From IMG/VR virus record IMGVR_UViG_3300025030_000129, positions 1-56,348 of that record: a stretch of DNA of 56,348 nt; one strand, given 5' to 3'. The notes below the pieces were generated by a model, which worked only from the letters and a program-made list of their open reading frames with translations, ran no database searches and was not told the DNA's origin. A program made the translations under genes and the position numbers. This DNA comes from a virus (taxonomy: Duplodnaviria > Caudoviricetes). This document shows positions 54,973 through 56,348 of the stretch, piece by piece (position 1 is the first letter of the stretch; each line of letters opens with the position of its first letter).

Positions 54973-55172
54973 TGCATTCTCCCTTTTGCTGCTTCAGTGT
55001 TTGCCGCCAGGACGATTTCTCCCAACTCATCAATAGAGGTAGCGAATACCGTCAGAGTGAGAGTATCTTTGGTCACGCCGGGATGTTGTTCAAATTGATA
55101 TCCAGCTTCGGACAAATGGCGCTTGAAAATCGGTAACTTCCAGTCATCTATAGCGATTCCTGCTTTAAGCAT
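54969..55172 (-). CDS. hypothetical protein
   Basis: GGAGG SD; overlaps neighbours. Confidence 0.65.
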   Translation of the reverse strand: MLKAGIAIDDWKLPIFKRHLSEAGYQFEQHPGVTKDTLTLTVFATSIDELGEIVLAANTEAAKGRMQ

Positions 55173-55428
55173 GTTTTTCCTCCCTACAGGTTAATGTTCC
55201 CTCTCCGAAATAACGCTTAGGATCGGCATATTCTTCCCGAGAGTCCGTCCAGCCGACAGTGTTGCCGTCCATGGTAAATTGCGCTTTACCGCAGATCTCA
55301 CAGCACTTTCGACAACTGCCAATTGGCTGGTCATCTTGAGTTATAAGGTGCAGAATTCTCTTCATACTCCGCTCCATTTCCGGCAATCGCCGGTAGAAGA
55401 TTGTATTTTCCAACCGTGCATCCGTCAC
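55165..55428 (-). CDS. hypothetical Cys-containing protein
   Basis: CCEICG; GTGA overlap. Confidence 0.55.
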   Translation of the reverse strand: MTDARLENTIFYRRLPEMERSMKRILHLITQDDQPIGSCRKCCEICGKAQFTMDGNTVGWTDSREEYADPKRYFGEGTLTCREEKHA

Positions 55429-55607
55429 GACACCCCTAACCGCCGATACAACCCCGGATAATCCTCGACCGTCAGCGGGATTCGGAATTCATCGTCGGGT
55501 GGAATATTCAGACAGGGGGTCCACCCGGTACCATCCCACCGGTATGTGAGCCCGTTGTCGGTAATACCATAGATTCCCGGTTGCCGTAGATGGGTAAATA
55601 TTTTCAT
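55425..55607 (-). CDS. hypothetical protein
   Basis: ATGA-coupled start MKIFTHLRQPG. Confidence 0.55.
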   Translation of the reverse strand: MKIFTHLRQPGIYGITDNGLTYRWDGTGWTPCLNIPPDDEFRIPLTVEDYPGLYRRLGVS

Positions 55608-55774
55608 ACCGGCCCCCATACCACCAGGGCGCAGACGATGACAAGGGTTACGGCTACAGATACCCACCATCCAGTGTATCGGCGGGGAACCGGGTATTCC
55701 GACCCGTAAGGTGATGGGCGGTTTATCACGATAAATGGTTGTTGTCGTTCGAGTTTTCGGCGTAGGCTGGTCAT
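55604..55774 (-). CDS. 56-aa protein with C-terminal TM helix
   Basis: Manual ORF MTSLRRK...WWVSVAVTLVIVCALVVWGPV; ATGA overlaps both ends. Confidence 0.6.
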   Translation of the reverse strand: MTSLRRKLERQQPFIVINRPSPYGSEYPVPRRYTGWWVSVAVTLVIVCALVVWGPV

Positions 55775-55959
55775 GATTCGTTCTCCTCTGGGTCAGGTGT
55801 GCAGTCGATACAAGGATCGACATATAAAGCGGGTAAACTGTTTCCCGGTGAACAGGCAGCCACATAGGCTTGCAGTTCTGTCCCACACGCGGCACAGAGT
55901 ACCGTTATAGGGTGATCAGAATCAAATCTGCCGGTTTCAGCGGCGGCCTGGGCACTCAT
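55771..55959 (-). CDS. small Zn-binding hypothetical protein
   Basis: CAACG...LYVDPCIDC. Confidence 0.65.
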   Translation of the reverse strand: MSAQAAAETGRFDSDHPITVLCAACGTELQAYVAACSPGNSLPALYVDPCIDCTPDPEENES

Positions 55960-56066
55960 ATAATCACCGATATCAGAATTATTACAGCAAGGAGTATCCC
56001 GGTTCGAACAGACGGCCGGGCGGGGGGTAAATACGATTCGTGCCAGTCGGGTGGTGAGAGTATCAT
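55956..56066 (-). CDS. 36-aa membrane peptide
   Basis: MILSPPDW...GILLAVIILISVII; ATGA overlaps both ends. Confidence 0.55.
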   Translation of the reverse strand: MILSPPDWHESYLPPARPSVRTGILLAVIILISVII

Positions 56067-56348
56067 ATGTTTAATAGCTCCATACCGTACCGAATTATCG
56101 CTGTCTTCACATCCGCCCTCGCCGCCCAGGCCGCCCTCGCCGCCGCCGCCGCCGCCTCCGCCGCCCTCGCCCTCGCCGCCCAGGCCGCCGCCGCCGCCGC
56201 CTCCGCCGCCGCCGCCGCCTCCGCCGCCCTCGCCCTCGCCGCCTCCGCCCTCGCCCTCGCCGCCTCCGCCGCCCTCGCCCTCGCCGCCTCCGCCGCCCAG
56301 GCCGCCCTCGCCGCCTCCGCCCTCGCCGCCTCCGCCCTCGCCCTCGCC
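56063..56348 (-). CDS. 3' part of the Ala-rich repeat protein begun at 388
   Basis: ARAEAARAAWAAE...ARADVKTAIIRYGMELLNI*; stop overlaps the next ATG. Confidence 0.7.
   Translation of the reverse strand, partial: ARARAEAARAEAARAAWAAEAARARAAEAARARAEAARARAAEAAAAAEAAAAAAWAARARAAEAAAAAARAAWAARADVKTAIIRYGMELLNI
56113..56348. repeat. GC-rich low-complexity coding repeat
   Basis: GCG/GAG/AGG/GCC-TGG codon mosaic on the minus strand. Confidence 0.9.

Noticed and set aside
1-56348. Genome-wide TGA reassignment (code 4 or 25)
   Set aside because: Many genes end in TGA with ATGA/TGATG overlaps, and long genes are intact under code 11.

Overview
The window looks like a near-complete ~56 kb tailed-phage genome (short-tailed, podovirus-like layout). 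It is broken inside one Ala-rich low-complexity gene whose 5' half is at the left end and 3' half at the right end. Modules: replication (SF2 helicase, DUF2800-type nuclease, SSB, family-B DNA polymerase, PrimPol-SF3 helicase, VRR-NUC, RdgC, ThyX-like, dNMP kinase, HD protein, N4/N6 MTase); a divergent Cro/CI-like pair with no recognisable integrase; a long minus-strand late operon (TerS, TerL, portal, scaffold, MCP, tail, probable ejection proteins, a 3098-aa polyvalent protein, an SGNH tail protein); and a lysis cassette. Top finding: a gene in the lysis cassette that the ORF track misses (11110->10634, minus, 158 aa). It has an in-frame TGA at the Cys position of a phospholipase-A2-like CxxHD motif, followed 12 nt later by a bacterial SECIS-like hairpin with a GGUC loop, so it is a candidate phage-encoded selenoprotein. 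Other observations: a tRNA-like RNA with a stunted UCA-tipped arm, a structured element closed by a 34-bp perfect inverted repeat upstream of the giant gene, and repeat-bounded gene cassettes. All product calls come from motif recognition by eye; no database searches were run.
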